Positions 1-11,840 of a stretch of 64,000 bases of DNA are shown here, in pieces. A program made the translations under genes and the position numbers. This DNA comes from Ostrea edulis. Its lineage: Eukaryota. The DNA lies in the NCBI RefSeq assembly GCF_947568905.1, contig NC_079170.1, positions 84,196,001-84,260,000 on the forward strand, given 5' to 3'. Position 1 is the stretch's first letter. Each line of letters opens with the position of its first letter. Below the pieces are notes generated by a model. That model was not told where the DNA came from and made no database searches. It saw only the letters and a program-made list of their open reading frames with translations.

Positions 1-2
1 GG

Positions 3-620
3 ACTCTTGAGTCGGATATTTGCGACAGTTTAGACAATGAAGAACTGGAGTGTTCCATGAAGTCCTTGTTCCCGGAACCACTTCAACCTGTTAAGTACAA
101 ACTCCCAAAGAGGGGAATGCTTTCCAGATATGACAGCAACACCAAATCGAGTGATCTATGTCTTGAAGATGACATGTATGTTGTCTTCAAATCCCAGCGT
201 ATTAATGTTGATGAATAGATAGAGAATCCAATGCATTATCAGCCATACATTTGCTATAATGACCTACTGAATCTACCTGGAATCAGTGGCAAATTGTTAA
301 GCAATACCAATTGGTGTGATCCGTTTCTTAGAGATGACAAATACGTTGTCTTCAATTCACAGCATTGTATTGTCAGTGAAAAGAGAGAGAAACCAATGCA
401 TTACCAGCCATACAGTTGCTACAGTGGCTTACTGAGTCTATTTGGAATCAGTGGCGATTTGTTGAGCAACACCAAATGGAATGATCAGTTCCTTGGAGAT
501 GACAAGTCTGTTGTCTCCAATTCATTACATTGTAATGTCAGTGGAAAGAGATACCAAGTCGCTATCAGTTATACAATTGCTACAATTACGTATTGAGTCT
601 ATTTGGAATCAGTGACAATA
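3..620 (+). pseudogene. Decayed coding-like tandem repeat, ~165-bp (55-aa) unit, about 3.5 copies
   Basis: Frame 3 is open from base 3 to 596 except TAG at 216-218. The unit MHYQPY..C...LL.L.GISG.LLSNT.W.D.FL.DDK.VV.NS.HC.VS recurs. Product not recognised. Confidence 0.4.
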
Positions 621-1000
621 TCCTGAACAAATTCAGCTTTGCAATAATACTTGAGTTCTCTTCCTATCTCATGAGCTATGAAACATATTGAGACTGGTGG
701 GTTTTTTTTTCATGACGTCCACTTCGACAGGCTGGAATATAGAGTCTGATGGAGACCAGCAATCACATCTCGACGTTGTCAAAATCACCATGACAACACC
801 AGCGATTGGCTATTTGACCACCCACATCTGCTTGGTCCAGGTTGTTATGATGGAAAGGACAAATATCCAGGAAAGGATTGTGTGTTGGCCCCCGACGCAT
901 TCCAGGACACCTCCCCTATCCAGCGGCTCTCTGAATCCAACCCGACTAACGAGACTCGGCTATTAAGCAAGTGCCATACTTTTACAGCAATAATATAGGG

Positions 1001-1114
1001 TTATTGAACTTATATTGGTGAATATTGGCACGAGTTGGCTGTAAAAATGCACGAGCTTGCGAGTGCATTTTAACAGCGAACGAGTGCCAATATTCACTTA
1101 TATATGTTCAACAA
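1001..1114. repeat. Long imperfect palindrome, probably part of a non-autonomous DNA element (Crypton-like style) extending to ~1565
   Basis: TTGAAC-TTATATTGGTGAATATTGGCACGAGTTGGCTGTAAAAATGCAC pairs with GTGCATTTTAACAGCGAACGAGTGCCAATATTCACTTATATATGTTCAA around a ~10-nt loop. Family assignment is inference. Confidence 0.6.
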
Positions 1115-2619
1115 GCCTTTTATTATATACCTAAAGTATTTAGTTGTTAAATGATATCCCTTTGCACTCAAACTACTCCAGAATAGACGAAAATTCATCA
1201 ATATTGGCAGTATGCAATAACAGTATGCATTTCTTAACTATTTAATATTTAACCCGTCATTAATACATGAAGCAAACTGATTTTGTAAATGGGGACATCA
1301 TAATTTATGTACAGTAAAACATTTCGCTTACTTATATATAAAATACCGGCTCTGTCGGATTCGGAGGACCGTCGTCTGCCATTTTGACTTGTTTACGTCG
1401 TTACAGTAACGTCAATATTGATCGCCCATACTCGGAATGTTTCGGGCGCATACAATTTACCCAATGCAAAGTCAGCGTTCAACAAATTCTTAGGATATTG
1501 AACGCTAACATTCTCTAGATTTTACGCAGATTTTATATTAGACTATTTATTAGCTATATAATAATACTGTTTTCTTGTATCGACTGGTGTTTCATACTTT
1601 ACTAAAGAACATTTAATAGTAGAAATTATATACTAGTATTGTCATCAGTGATGTTAAAATTAATGTATATGTTGGTTTCTTTACTATTTGTGTTTGAAAT
1701 GTAAATGTAAACATGTTATTGTGAGCACAAGGAGAATGTTCAGTATTACAGCAACAATAATCTGATAAATTGTAAGTTGTAAATCGCATCATATTTATGC
1801 AATTATGATTTTGTAGGTTACACTTGTATGTTTTTTCTATGTGCAAATTGTACAGTGTGTTTTATTTGGAGATTTTCAGTTGATACTTTAAATTGATATT
1901 GTATTGTATTTTTACTGTGCAAGAACAGTTAGTTAGTATACTGATGCAGTGGCGTAAATATAATTTAAACTTTCTGTATGTTTTTTATGTGTAATGTGTA
2001 ATGGCACTGCATTGTGTTTTATTTGGAGAATCACTGTTGGTATTTTGTGTGATTCAAATATGCTGACTTTCAATTGAAATCCATTGTAAAATACATAGAC
2101 TCAAACTATAATAGTTGGGTATTGAAGTAGTTTGCATTTATGCATAAATGCACAATTGTTTAATTGAGTGTCACATGCAAAGTTGATAGGTAACCTATAT
2201 GTAAGGATCTGATTTTAATAAAAATGGTATTTCAATAATTAAAATAATGATTTTAATAATTTATTATGGAAATACAACTATGATATGAATTGTGCATTTA
2301 ACTTAGTATTTTACAACTAGTTGTCATATGTAAACACTGTACAGTGTACAATTATTGTGTCATTCATTATTGTACAATTCATTATATGAAATAAGTCATT
2401 ATGCTAATTTCATATAATTATGCATGATGTATACATGTAAGTAAGAGAGTATTTTAAACCATGTTAGAGAAGTCAGATCCATGATGTACATATTGTGATT
2501 TTTAACTGAATGAACTGTGGTATACATGTTAGCTCTGAATGTGAGTGATGAGAGTAGACTGATATGAAATGGAAAGGTTTATTTGACCATGATAATATTG
2601 TGTTGTATTCAGGCACACG

Positions 2620-2915
2620 TCTATAAATAGATTGAGAACAAATAGATAAGAACCCCTAATTGTGCATTTCCTAATTTCCTAGATACTATATAGTACAGCA
2701 GAGATGGGCGGATATTGATTTAATGATTATGAATAAATCAGACTGAATGACTTAGGTCTACCTTTCAGTTTGGGTGTCCATGAAAGACGAAATCCATTAC
2801 CCCCACCTCGATATTTACCAGGCTCGGAAGTACTTTCGTTTTGGTACACACTCCTTAACTGCGCAAGCTCTTCACATATACAAAATTATTCCTCTTTGTA
2901 CACCACCATGTGTGT
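2620..2915 (+). repeat. Dispersed repeat, copy A (copy B at ~25450-26255)
   Basis: Shares TCTATAAATA.ATTGAGAACAAA, GAAAGACGAAATCCAT.ACCCCCACCTCGATATT.ACCAGGCT and TTAACTGCGCAA..TC.TCACATATACAAA with copy B. Confidence 0.8.
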
Positions 2916-3135
2916 ATTTTTCATGGGCACAGGAAGTTAATGTATACGGTGTGTGCATGTATAAATCAAAGTACTGAAAGTACTGATGGGAGTTGATTTA
3001 TGTAGGTTTGCATCAGATGCTTCTGGGATCAAACATTATTTTTTTAAATTAAAAAAATTGAAAATTATCCTCAAAAGTCATGAACTTATGCATAAATGTA
3101 TGTTGTCTCTATAATAATCAAAGCGCGGTTATTTC

Positions 3136-3300
3136 TGTAACGTCGCCGTAGCGATCTCAGAGAGATGACCATATATTCTAGTCCTCTGGATAAAGTACAT
3201 AAAAGTTCGTTTACAAGTTTATTTACACATCATTAAAGTTCACCACAAACATTCTAGAATCACACACATTTTCATGTAAAGTAATTCACAATCCAACACA
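3136..3300 (-). mobile_element. 3' LTR (165 bp) of a Gypsy LTR retrotransposon, preceded by a polypurine tract at 3301-3314
   Basis: Minus strand reads AAGAAAGGGGGATA then TGTGTTGG...GACGTTACA (TG...CA) with an internal AATAAA. Same strand as, and downstream of, the Gypsy pol at 4652-7065. Confidence 0.75.
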
Positions 3301-3319
3301 TATCCCCCTTTCTTATATT

Positions 3320-4533
3320 CACTACGTTACTTTCTACTACTACTGCTACTCTCTACTACTGCTACTGCTACTCTCTACTACTGCTACTGCTCTACTACTG
3401 CTATTCCTCTACTACTGCTACTCCTCTACTACTGCTATTCCTCTACTACTGCTACTCCTCTACTACTGCTACTCTCTACTACTGCTACTGCTCTACTACT
3501 GCTATTCCTCTACTACTGCTACTCCTCTACTACTGCTATTCCTCTACTACTGCTACTCCTCTACTACTGCTACTCTCTACTACTGCTACTGCTCTACTAC
3601 TGCTATTCCTCTACTACTGCTACTCCTCTACTACTGCTATTCCTCTACTACTGCTACTCCTCTACTACTGCTACTCTCTACTACTGCTACTCCTCTACTA
3701 CTGCTACTCCTCTACTACTGCTACTGCTCTACTACTGCTACTCCTCTACTACTGCTACTCCTCTACTACTGCTACTGCTCTACTACTGCTACTCCTCTAC
3801 TACTGCTACTCCACTAGACTGAGAAAATTCCCCTATATATAGTCACTAGGCATTGCTCGCGAGGAGCAACGCATTTTTGACCGATACATAATAATACGAC
3901 ATTGCTCGCGAGGAGCAATGTTATGTAAACAAATGACTAGTGTTATAAGATATAAACAAAACACAATGAAGTAATTAAATACCTTGACAACTTCCCCCCA
4001 CTTAACTTTTGACTCCGATCAAAAAGAAATTGACCAACATACAACCACAAGATATTCTGTAAATAGAAATAACGATAAACATGATCAATAATATGTTGTA
4101 CGGTGTGACCGTTGAGACGAGCGAAGCCCATTTTAAACATCTTACAACACGACTTTTATCCGCCTCTTCATTTAACGCGGGAAATATAACGCGCTTGGTG
4201 TAAACAGTTACAAAGTGTGACGTCATATTAGCTGCAATGTTTTTTCTTTTCTCAAACCAAGAAAAAACAAAACGTTTGAAGCTATGAGAAAGCTTTTCTA
4301 TAATTAAAAACGTTAATTGTACTTTCTAAACAATCTAATTATTTTAATTACGGGATTGTCAATGAAGTATACCGCAGTGACGGCGACATTTTTCCGGAGG
4401 CATTATGGGTAGTCCCCAACATTTTTCAGCTGATGAAAAGCAAACCACGTGACTCAATTGCGTAATCATTGGAGCGAGCATTCGTGACGCGAGCTTCGCT
4501 CGCTATAATAGTTACTCAGCGGACATATACCTA
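3320..4533. mobile_element. Unclassified ~1.2-kb insertion between Gypsy integrase and its PPT (possibly Helitron/Helentron-type)
   Basis: Minisatellite at one end, two TTGCTCGCGAGGAGCAA hairpins (~3852, ~3901), and a GAGCGAGC...GCTCGCT hairpin followed by CTAG at ~4530. Boundaries uncertain. Confidence 0.35.
3333..3811. repeat. Compound CTA/CTG/CTC minisatellite (~15-17-bp CTCTACTACTGCTACTC units)
   Basis: Directly visible tandem array of about 480 bp. Confidence 0.95.
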
Positions 4534-5132
4534 GAATAAGACTTCAAGTTAAGATTCTAAATATAACATTTTCTTTATGTTCTAAAAGCAATATAAATAA
4601 TTACAAGTCTCCAATTACAAGTCTCACAAATCATCTGGGTAATTACTGTCTCTAAGACGAACTGGCCTTTTTATCACTCGTCCATGTCGGGTAGTTTTGA
4701 TTCTGGCTTCTGATTGGCTGTCGTAACTGATCCTGCTGGCCAAGTCCAAGGCGCGTGTCTGCCGGCAACTTCAAACGTTCGCTCCTCGTCGGTGCGCGCC
4801 TCTCATGAACACGTGCGCTGACTGTCCGGTCATTTGTGCATTCCGTTGGTGTCACGGGGTGTTGTTTATTCCCTCGGTATGACTTTAAGTTATCAGCATG
4901 AACAATGCCGGGTTTTGAAGTTTTTGAATGTCTGATTTGGTAGAGTACGTCACTCAATCGTTTCACAACATACCAAGGACCAGTCCAATTTCTTGCTAAC
5001 TTTGATTTTGTTTCCGATATCGTAATTTACTCCTCGCACATTTGTCATAATAGCGTGTTTGGCGATTTGCGTCTTTTCCAGTCACATCTCCCACAATTTC
5101 ATATAATTCACTAACGGAATTTTCCATGGTAC

Positions 5133-5256
5133 GTATATAGCTTTAAAACTTCATTGTTATTTCGGATTTCAAATATTTCGGTTGAGCATCACTGAAGAGA
5201 CATTGTTTGTCGAAATGCACATCTGGTGCATCAAAATTGGTACCGTATAAGTTTTA
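5133..5256 (+). mobile_element. Truncated copy of the ~340-bp repeat at 41285-41626, inserted in the Gypsy integrase C-terminal region
   Basis: Near-identical to the reverse complement of ~41285-41405. Interrupts the Gypsy frame between ..RISTPIE and MENSVSELYE. Confidence 0.8.
5192..5232 (+). ncRNA. Hammerhead-ribozyme-like core motif
   Basis: CUGAAGA, stem II GAC/GUC, GAAA, stem III AUGCAC/GUGCAU, then C. All conserved core nucleotides are present, but stem I is not evident next to the core. Confidence 0.5.
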
Positions 5257-7089
5257 CATACATTCGATAGGTGTAGAAATACGCTGTTCTTGATGATTTA
5301 CATTTTCCGTCACTAATTCAACAGGTAACCGCATTTCTTCCCCAAACACCATTCTGTACGGCGTAATCCCAGTTGCACCATGCACTGTACTGTTATATGC
5401 AAATACAACTCCATCTTTGAATTTATCCCAGTCGTTTTGATGTACAGAAATGTACTTAGATAACACATCTTTCACAGTTCTGTTTAGCTGTTAAATCATT
5501 CCGTCTGACTGAGGATGATAAGCGGTAGTACGCGTTTTGTTTATCTGTAACATTTTGCACAATTCTTGAAATATGTGGCTTTCAAACTGTACTCCTTGGT
5601 CTGAATGTAATCCCTGGGGACAGCCATATCTCTTGATCCAGCCTCGAAATATGGTATTTGGTACTGTCTCAGCTTCAATGTGGGAAAGAGGGAATATTTC
5701 CGTAAATTTAGTGAAATAGTCCGCAATCACTAAAATATACAGAAATCCGTTGTTTGTTTTGGGGAACGGGCCAGCTATATCCACAGCTATTCGCTTGAAT
5801 TTTACTCCACTTAGATATGTTTTCATGTATGCGCGTTTCTTCTTACTGGGATGTTTTCGTTCCTCGCATATGTCACAAGAAGTCACATAATCATATACAC
5901 TTTTCCTGAGATGGGGCCAATAATACTTACCTTTATTCATCTTGCCAAGAGTTCTTCTGACGCCCATGTGTCCTGCTGTTTGTGCACCATGCAAATTCCA
6001 CATATCATTGTCCCTCAATTTTTTTGGCAAACAAATCCGAAATCGCTCACCGTCACTTCCAATCCATTTTATACACAGTACACCTTGTTTCACTGTTAGT
6101 AATTCCCAGCGAGCATAAAGGAATTTACTTTCAAATCCCAAAAATGATATCGAACTAATTGACGGTTTCTTAAAGTCAGAATCATCTTTCCATTTAAGAA
6201 ATCTAAACATTTCCTTGTCAGTCAATTGCGCCTCCCTAGTATTTTCCAATGTTAAGGACTCCTCTGGTTGTTTATTATGTCTTGCTCGTAATGGTCGTTT
6301 TGCTAGTACATTGACACTACTTGAATTCACATTTGATTCATCGTCATGAAACAAACCATGAAGCGAAAACACGCTGTTGCATGCTTTTACAGGCAAAGTT
6401 CTTGGTTCCTCTACATGATTATATATTGGGCCTGAATGCTCTTTTGTAACATCTTGTTTACATTGTCTGCTCAGACTATCGGCATTTCAGTGGCACTTCC
6501 CAGGTCTATGCTGTATGTTAAACATAAACGCAGCTAACTGCTGTAACCATCTCGCGATCTGACCATCTGGGTCTTTAAATTTGTGCAACCATACTAGGGA
6601 TCCGTGATCTGTCCTTAATGTGAATTCGCGGCCAAGTAAATATTGTTTGAAATGTTTGATGAAAAACACAAGTGCTTGCATGTGTTTGCGTGTAACACAG
6701 TAATTCCTTTCTGCTGTTGATAATGTTCGGCTGTCATAAGCAATCACTCTTTCGTTCCCATCTTGTATTTGAGATAAGACAGTTCCTATGGCGTCACTAC
6801 CTGTATCCATATCCAGAACAAAGGTCCGTCCATTGACGTCTGGATAACCAAGAATAGGCGCACTCACAAGTTTACTCTTTAGCAAACAGAAAGCGTCATC
6901 ACACTCTTAAGTCCAAGTCCAAATCTTAGTTTTGCTAGTAAGTGCACGTAAGCATCTTACTATTTTTTGCAAAGTCTTTAATAAATCGTCGGTAATAAGA
7001 CACAAGGCCTAGAAAACTTTGGAGTTCACTGACATTTGTTGGCGTTTTCCAGTTTTGCAGGAGATCAGTCCTTTTTCTTTACGACAATG

Positions 7090-7580
7090 ATATAAATGTT
7101 TATATATACATGAATATTTAAATATACGTATAGGAGAACAGTCTTCCATTTTCATTACGAGAACAGTCTTCCATTTTCATTACGAGAACAGTCCTCCGTT
7201 TCCATGACAAATAATGATCAAATGTTAAATATGTTATACGTGTAAGTGAGCAGTCCTCCATTTCCATGACAACCGATGAACAAATGTTAATATACATATA
7301 GGAGAGCGTTCCTCCATATCTGTGACAACCAATGAACAAAGGTTATATATGTTAATATACATGTAGGAGAGCAGTCCTCTGTTACAATTACAACCAATGA
7401 TTAAATGTTATGTATGTTAATATACATGTAAGAAACCATGACAACCAATTAACAAACGTTATACAGTGCATATGCTAATATAATGTAGGAAAGCAGTCTT
7501 CTGTTTCCATAACAACCAATGATCAAACGTTATTATATAATATTATGTTAATATACATATAGAAGAGCAGTCCTCCGTCA
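7090..7580. repeat. Degenerate ~60-70-bp tandem repeat
   Basis: Recurring TAATATACAT.TAGGAGA.CAGTCCTCC.TTTCCATGACAACCAATGA.CAAA.GTTA. Confidence 0.8.
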
Positions 7581-7959
7581 AATGGATAGCAGCCATACAT
7601 TAATTAACGTAAAATACCCAAAGTGCAGTCTTTCACGCTGTTGTTCTTTGGTATCTATTCTAGAATTACTGTTAAAGTTTTCATCTGCAAAAATGCTTTT
7701 CGATCCAAGGGAAAAAATATTTCTTAGGATCTTTGAACTTACGAAAATCTATGATAAACCAATCAAAATTCATGCCAGAAAAATGGCTAGCTACATGTAT
7801 TTGTTAGCGTTGTAAAATCAAAAGACTGGTTCATCCCGAGAAGGCGCGTTTGAAATCAAAGTAGATAACTTTCTAGTTGCAATATGAACAAACCGGACTA
7901 AATGCAAATTTGCAGGAAGTTACCCAACCATACACGCTTTTAATCTCTCCAAGTGTTAA

Positions 7960-8480
7960 TCTTAACACGTAATTATCATGGTTTTTCCAATATGATTTTC
8001 TGCTATGCATAAAACTTTATTCCGATGACGGAGAGCTTTTTTCTCAGAATTATACGACGAGAATGGAATAGACGATTCAGCACAAGATAACAGTATTAAC
8101 GATAGCTCATTAGCGAAATCATCAATAACTTTGTCGTCTGTGAGTACAGTGTGAAAAAAATTTTCCAAGTTGTTCTGAACAAGATTTCTATATTCTACAA
8201 CAGATTCAGGGGTAGCCTTATGCCATGCGGGTAATTTTGATTGAGAATTTCTTAAAGAGTGTTTTTGAATTTCGAAATTAAAAATCCTTTGATTGGTAAG
8301 TGATCTGCTGTAATGGAAATAAACCTTTCTTAAATATGTTTTTTAACTTTTTATTTATTTAAGAACATGTTTTTCAAACAAAATATCATCAAGAATAGTT
8401 CCCTTTGGGATGAAGGAAAATGTTCACCCTCAATCACAAAGTCTGTTTTGGATGCATCTTGAGACAAAAGTTGATAATAA
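7960..8480 (-). mobile_element. Relic of a non-LTR retrotransposon: end of the APE endonuclease and linker
   Basis: Minus strand reads ITADHLPI (SDHLPI-type motif, 8291-8305), then LPAWHKATPESVVEYRNLV and LSLILLSCAESSIP. Confidence 0.55.
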
Positions 8481-8517
8481 ATGAGCCTTGGTAGGGTTTG
8501 TGTTACATGTATCAATT

Positions 8518-8734
8518 ATCTCTCCCTCTCTTCTATCCCCCTTTTTTCTCCTCCTCTTTTTTCTTTATCTCCTTTTTCTGGCCCCCTCTCTCTCTCCTCT
8601 TTATCTCTCCCTACCTTCTATCCCCTTTTCTCTCTCCTCTCTTTTCTTTATCTCTTTTTTCTGTCCTTTCTCTTTCTCCCTACCTTTATCCCCTTTTCTC
8701 TCTGCTCTTTTTTCTTTATCTCCTTTTTCTGTCC

Positions 8735-8770
<36 letters not shown>

Positions 8771-9267
8771 CTCTTTATCCCTTCCTCTCTTCTCTCCACC
8801 TTTTATCTCTTTTTTCTTGACCTCTTTTTTGTCCTTTCTCTCACTCTCATTATCTCTCCCCACCTTCTATCTCCCTTTTCTCTCCCCTCTTTTCTCTCCT
8901 TTCTTTCTTTCTCTCTCTCTCTCTCCTCTTTATCTCTACCTCCCCTTTTCTCTATCCTTTCTCTCTCTCGTCTTTATCTCCCCATCCCTTCAATCCCCTC
9001 TATTTCTCTCCCCCTCTTTTTCTGTCCTTTCTCTCTCTCATCTTTATCTCTCCTTACGTTCTCTCCCTCTTTTTTCTCCCCCTCCTCTTTCTGTCCTTTC
9101 TCTCTCTCACCTCTTTATCTATCCCACATTTTTGTCCTTTCTCTCTCTCATCTTTATCTCTCCCTACCTTCTCTCCCTCTTTTTTCTTCCCCTTTTTGTC
9201 CTTTCTCTCTCTTTCTCCCCTCTTTATCTCTCCCTACCTTCTATCCCCCTTTTCTCTCCCTTCTTTT
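8518..9267. repeat. ~750-bp polypyrimidine (CT-rich) low-complexity tract
   Basis: Almost exclusively C/T on the plus strand, with recurring CTCTCTCTCCTCTTTATCTCTCCCTACCTTCTATCCCC and TTCTGTCCTTTCTCT modules. Confidence 0.95.
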
Positions 9268-10184
9268 CTAGAACAAATTAAATAATCTTGAATTTACTTT
9301 CAATTTTATTATTGATTATGGCTAAAGTTACATACACTATCATAAATGCACATTTTTAAAACAAACAGATTTAGAGTTGATATTATTTTGAAGTAAACTT
9401 ATATCTTATCATTTCATATTAAAACATTTATCATTGGAATTATATTGAAATGATGTTTCCTTCTTGAAGTTTAGAAATGCAATTTCATGATGTCCCATTA
9501 CATACAATGATATTGGAATTTCTTTTCAAATCAAAATCAGATATACAACTAGAATTAAATCATTATAGATTATACAAAAAGTAGTCCCCCTGCACGGGAC
9601 CCTCCAGCTAAATCTGATTATATCACTACATGACTACAAAGTTCTAAAACAGGGAATAAAACAAAGAACAATCAAACATATCATGAGGCCCATGGTTCTC
9701 TTTAATAAATTTTACTCTTGTATTTCCAAACTTTTACAGATCTGACAAGGAGGGCAGGTCTCCACTGATCTTTAACACACCGCCGAGGTACATGTTCTAC
9801 CACATGCCACGCTTCATTAAACAGGAAATTGTGAAAAAACAGATCAAATTCACTATGATGATAGGATAGATTCTTTTCATCACTCATTAGCGATGATGAT
9901 AGGATGCATACTTACATGGGCGGACTATGACAATTTCACAAACATGTACCACTTGTGTATGTGCATGTACTTCCTTGGACTGCAGGTAGACACATCCAGA
10001 ATAAAACAAGATTGAATAGTCATTTTAACACCTTGGGTTAAAATTATCAATGTTCAAATTTACAAAAAAGAAGACGTAACAATGAATGAATATACTGTTG
10101 TGTAAATACCACTAAAATATGCATGTATCAAGAGCAATGTGTGAATTCTGTCATTATCTGCTGTCTGTATGTGATATCATGTGT

Positions 10185-11840
10185 TTATTTCATGTACTGA
10201 ATCACTTTCACTTTTCCTGAATGAACTAACCCTACCCACAACCTCCCCTCACTGTCCACGCTCAGTCCATCAGGATAATCTAGTCCACAATTATCCACAC
10301 ATCTCAGGAACTGTCCGTTCTGATCCAGGATGTGTAGACAGGCATTGTTGAAATCTGTCACAATGATCTGACCCATGGAGTCTGTCACTATATGTACAGG
10401 ATCAAATGATTCCTTCCTCCTGGCTGGTGTACCATCGTATCGGAATCGGACTCTTCCTGTCTTGTCAACCACGACCACAACCTTAGCATTACCATCAGAG
10501 GCACAGATGTCTCCATTGTTGTTCTCCACCACATACAGTGCATGTTTCCCTTCTTTATAGATTGATTTTCCATCTTCAATTATTTCCTGTTTCACTGTAT
10601 GTCCCTGATAACGGACAATTTTATGTTGGCTAAAATCAGTAGTACGCATACTGACCAGGATGTCCCCTGACTTAGTACAGCATAGTTTGACTGGACCCCA
10701 GCCCTGTGGTGTGGTTATCAGTGTCTCTGTTCTCCCGTGTCTGACAAGGTTCACAGTTCTATTGTAACCATCACTGTATACCAGTTCTCCTTGTCTGGTC
10801 ACTGTGATGTCATTAGGCCAGCCTGGACATGTGGAGGTGACAGTGTCCCGTACAGACCCGTGTATGTCAACACGTCTTATGGTTTTATCTTTACCACTAA
10901 CCCATACTTTATCCACTCCCACACAGGCAACACTGTATAGAGGATTAACTCCAGTAGGAATGGTTATAATTGATTTGGCTTGCTCTAACAGCTTTTGTAA
11001 AGATAAATAGGGGACTTCCTCTGTCAGACTGGACGGTGTTGTCTGTGTCAAGCTAGCCTTGTATTCTCCTAATTCCAGGCTGAGTTCTCTCCCTTGGACT
11101 GTGTTGGTTTTTAGTGATGGCAGTTTGATATCAATATCAGTAGGCATGTTTCTGTATTCCTGGAGTTTGGATTTGTAGTTAGTGACTGCAGACACATTGT
11201 TGGACTTCAGAATTTCTTTGTTTTGTTGAACTGTTTGGGTCATGTCTGGAATTTGATTTTTTATTTTGGATTGGTGAGAGTTTAGAGCAGCCAGGAGATT
11301 CTCTTTTATGGACTTCATCAAAGAACCGAGATGATTGAAAATGGTGTCGACTTCTTGGTGCCAGGATTTTCTGTGCTTTTCTTTTTCTTTGTCCAGTTCA
11401 TCAAATTCGGCCATTATAATAGATAATTTGCTTTTTGTTTCTTCGTTTTTCTTCTTGTACTGTGAAATAATGGTGGATTCAATTTCTTTGGTTTCCTTTT
11501 CAATATCATTTTTTTGTTTGTTGAAGATATCAGACATATCTCCATATTTGTGTCCATTATGGAGACCAAGCATGCACTTCAGGCAAACTGGAATATCACA
11601 TTGCTGGCAGTGGGCCTCACATCTCTGGTTTGTGTGAAATTCACACTCGGGAAAAACAAGTTGTATCTTTCTGTCTTTGAAATGAACGATGTCATGTGGT
11701 TGGTACTTGAACTTGTCCACGTGTTTACTAACACAGTCCACACACAAACTGAGTTGACAGTTGTTACAGAACTGCTGGGTAGGCTTGACACAAATGTCAC
11801 AGGTGATGACCTCCTGTGCTTGGGAGTTGGGCGTGGCCAT
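10185..11840 (-). CDS. TRIM-like protein without RING: 2 B-boxes, coiled coil, C-terminal NHL-type beta-propeller (551 aa, single coding exon)
   Basis: Uninterrupted ORF from MATPNSQ (ATG 11840). B-box motifs CDIC..FCNNC..LCVDC..H..H and CEFH..C..HCQQCDIPVCLKC..H..H. Propeller repeats (PNDITVTRQGELVYSD, DPVHIVTDSMGQIIVTD, PDGLSVDSEGRLWVG). Splice acceptor TTTATTACAG just upstream of the ATG. Confidence 0.92.
   Translation of the reverse strand: MATPNSQAQEVITCDICVKPTQQFCNNCQLSLCVDCVSKHVDKFKYQPHDIVHFKDRKIQLVFPECEFHTNQRCEAHCQQCDIPVCLKCMLGLHNGHKYGDMSDIFNKQKNDIEKETKEIESTIISQYKKKNEETKSKLSIIMAEFDELDKEKEKHRKSWHQEVDTIFNHLGSLMKSIKENLLAALNSHQSKIKNQIPDMTQTVQQNKEILKSNNVSAVTNYKSKLQEYRNMPTDIDIKLPSLKTNTVQGRELSLELGEYKASLTQTTPSSLTEEVPYLSLQKLLEQAKSIITIPTGVNPLYSVACVGVDKVWVSGKDKTIRRVDIHGSVRDTVTSTCPGWPNDITVTRQGELVYSDGYNRTVNLVRHGRTETLITTPQGWGPVKLCCTKSGDILVSMRTTDFSQHKIVRYQGHTVKQEIIEDGKSIYKEGKHALYVVENNNGDICASDGNAKVVVVVDKTGRVRFRYDGTPARRKESFDPVHIVTDSMGQIIVTDFNNACLHILDQNGQFLRCVDNCGLDYPDGLSVDSEGRLWVGLVHSGKVKVIQYMK

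Larger units (their letters stand above)
4652..7065 (-). pseudogene. Gypsy/Ty3 pol remnant: RT C-terminus, RNase H, H2C2 zinc domain, integrase core and C-terminus; 5'-truncated with stops and frameshifts
   Basis: SFLGLVSYYRRFIKDFA; APILGYPD..FVLDMDTGSDAIGTVLSQ..VIAYDSRTL..AERNYCVT; H-x5-GHMG..YYWP..CDIC; AVDIAGPFP..DYFTK..HSDQGVQFES..TAYHPQSDG; VVKRLSDVLYQI..VHADNLK. Confidence 0.95.

Noticed and set aside
8481-9281. Several long S/L/P/F-rich and K/R/E-rich ORFs
   Set aside because: They are artefacts of the stop-free CT-rich tract, open in many frames at once.
9735-9920. Possible small plus-strand exon or box C/D snoRNA (ATGATGA motifs)
   Set aside because: No partner exons, no matching D box or terminal stem, and no recognisable peptide.
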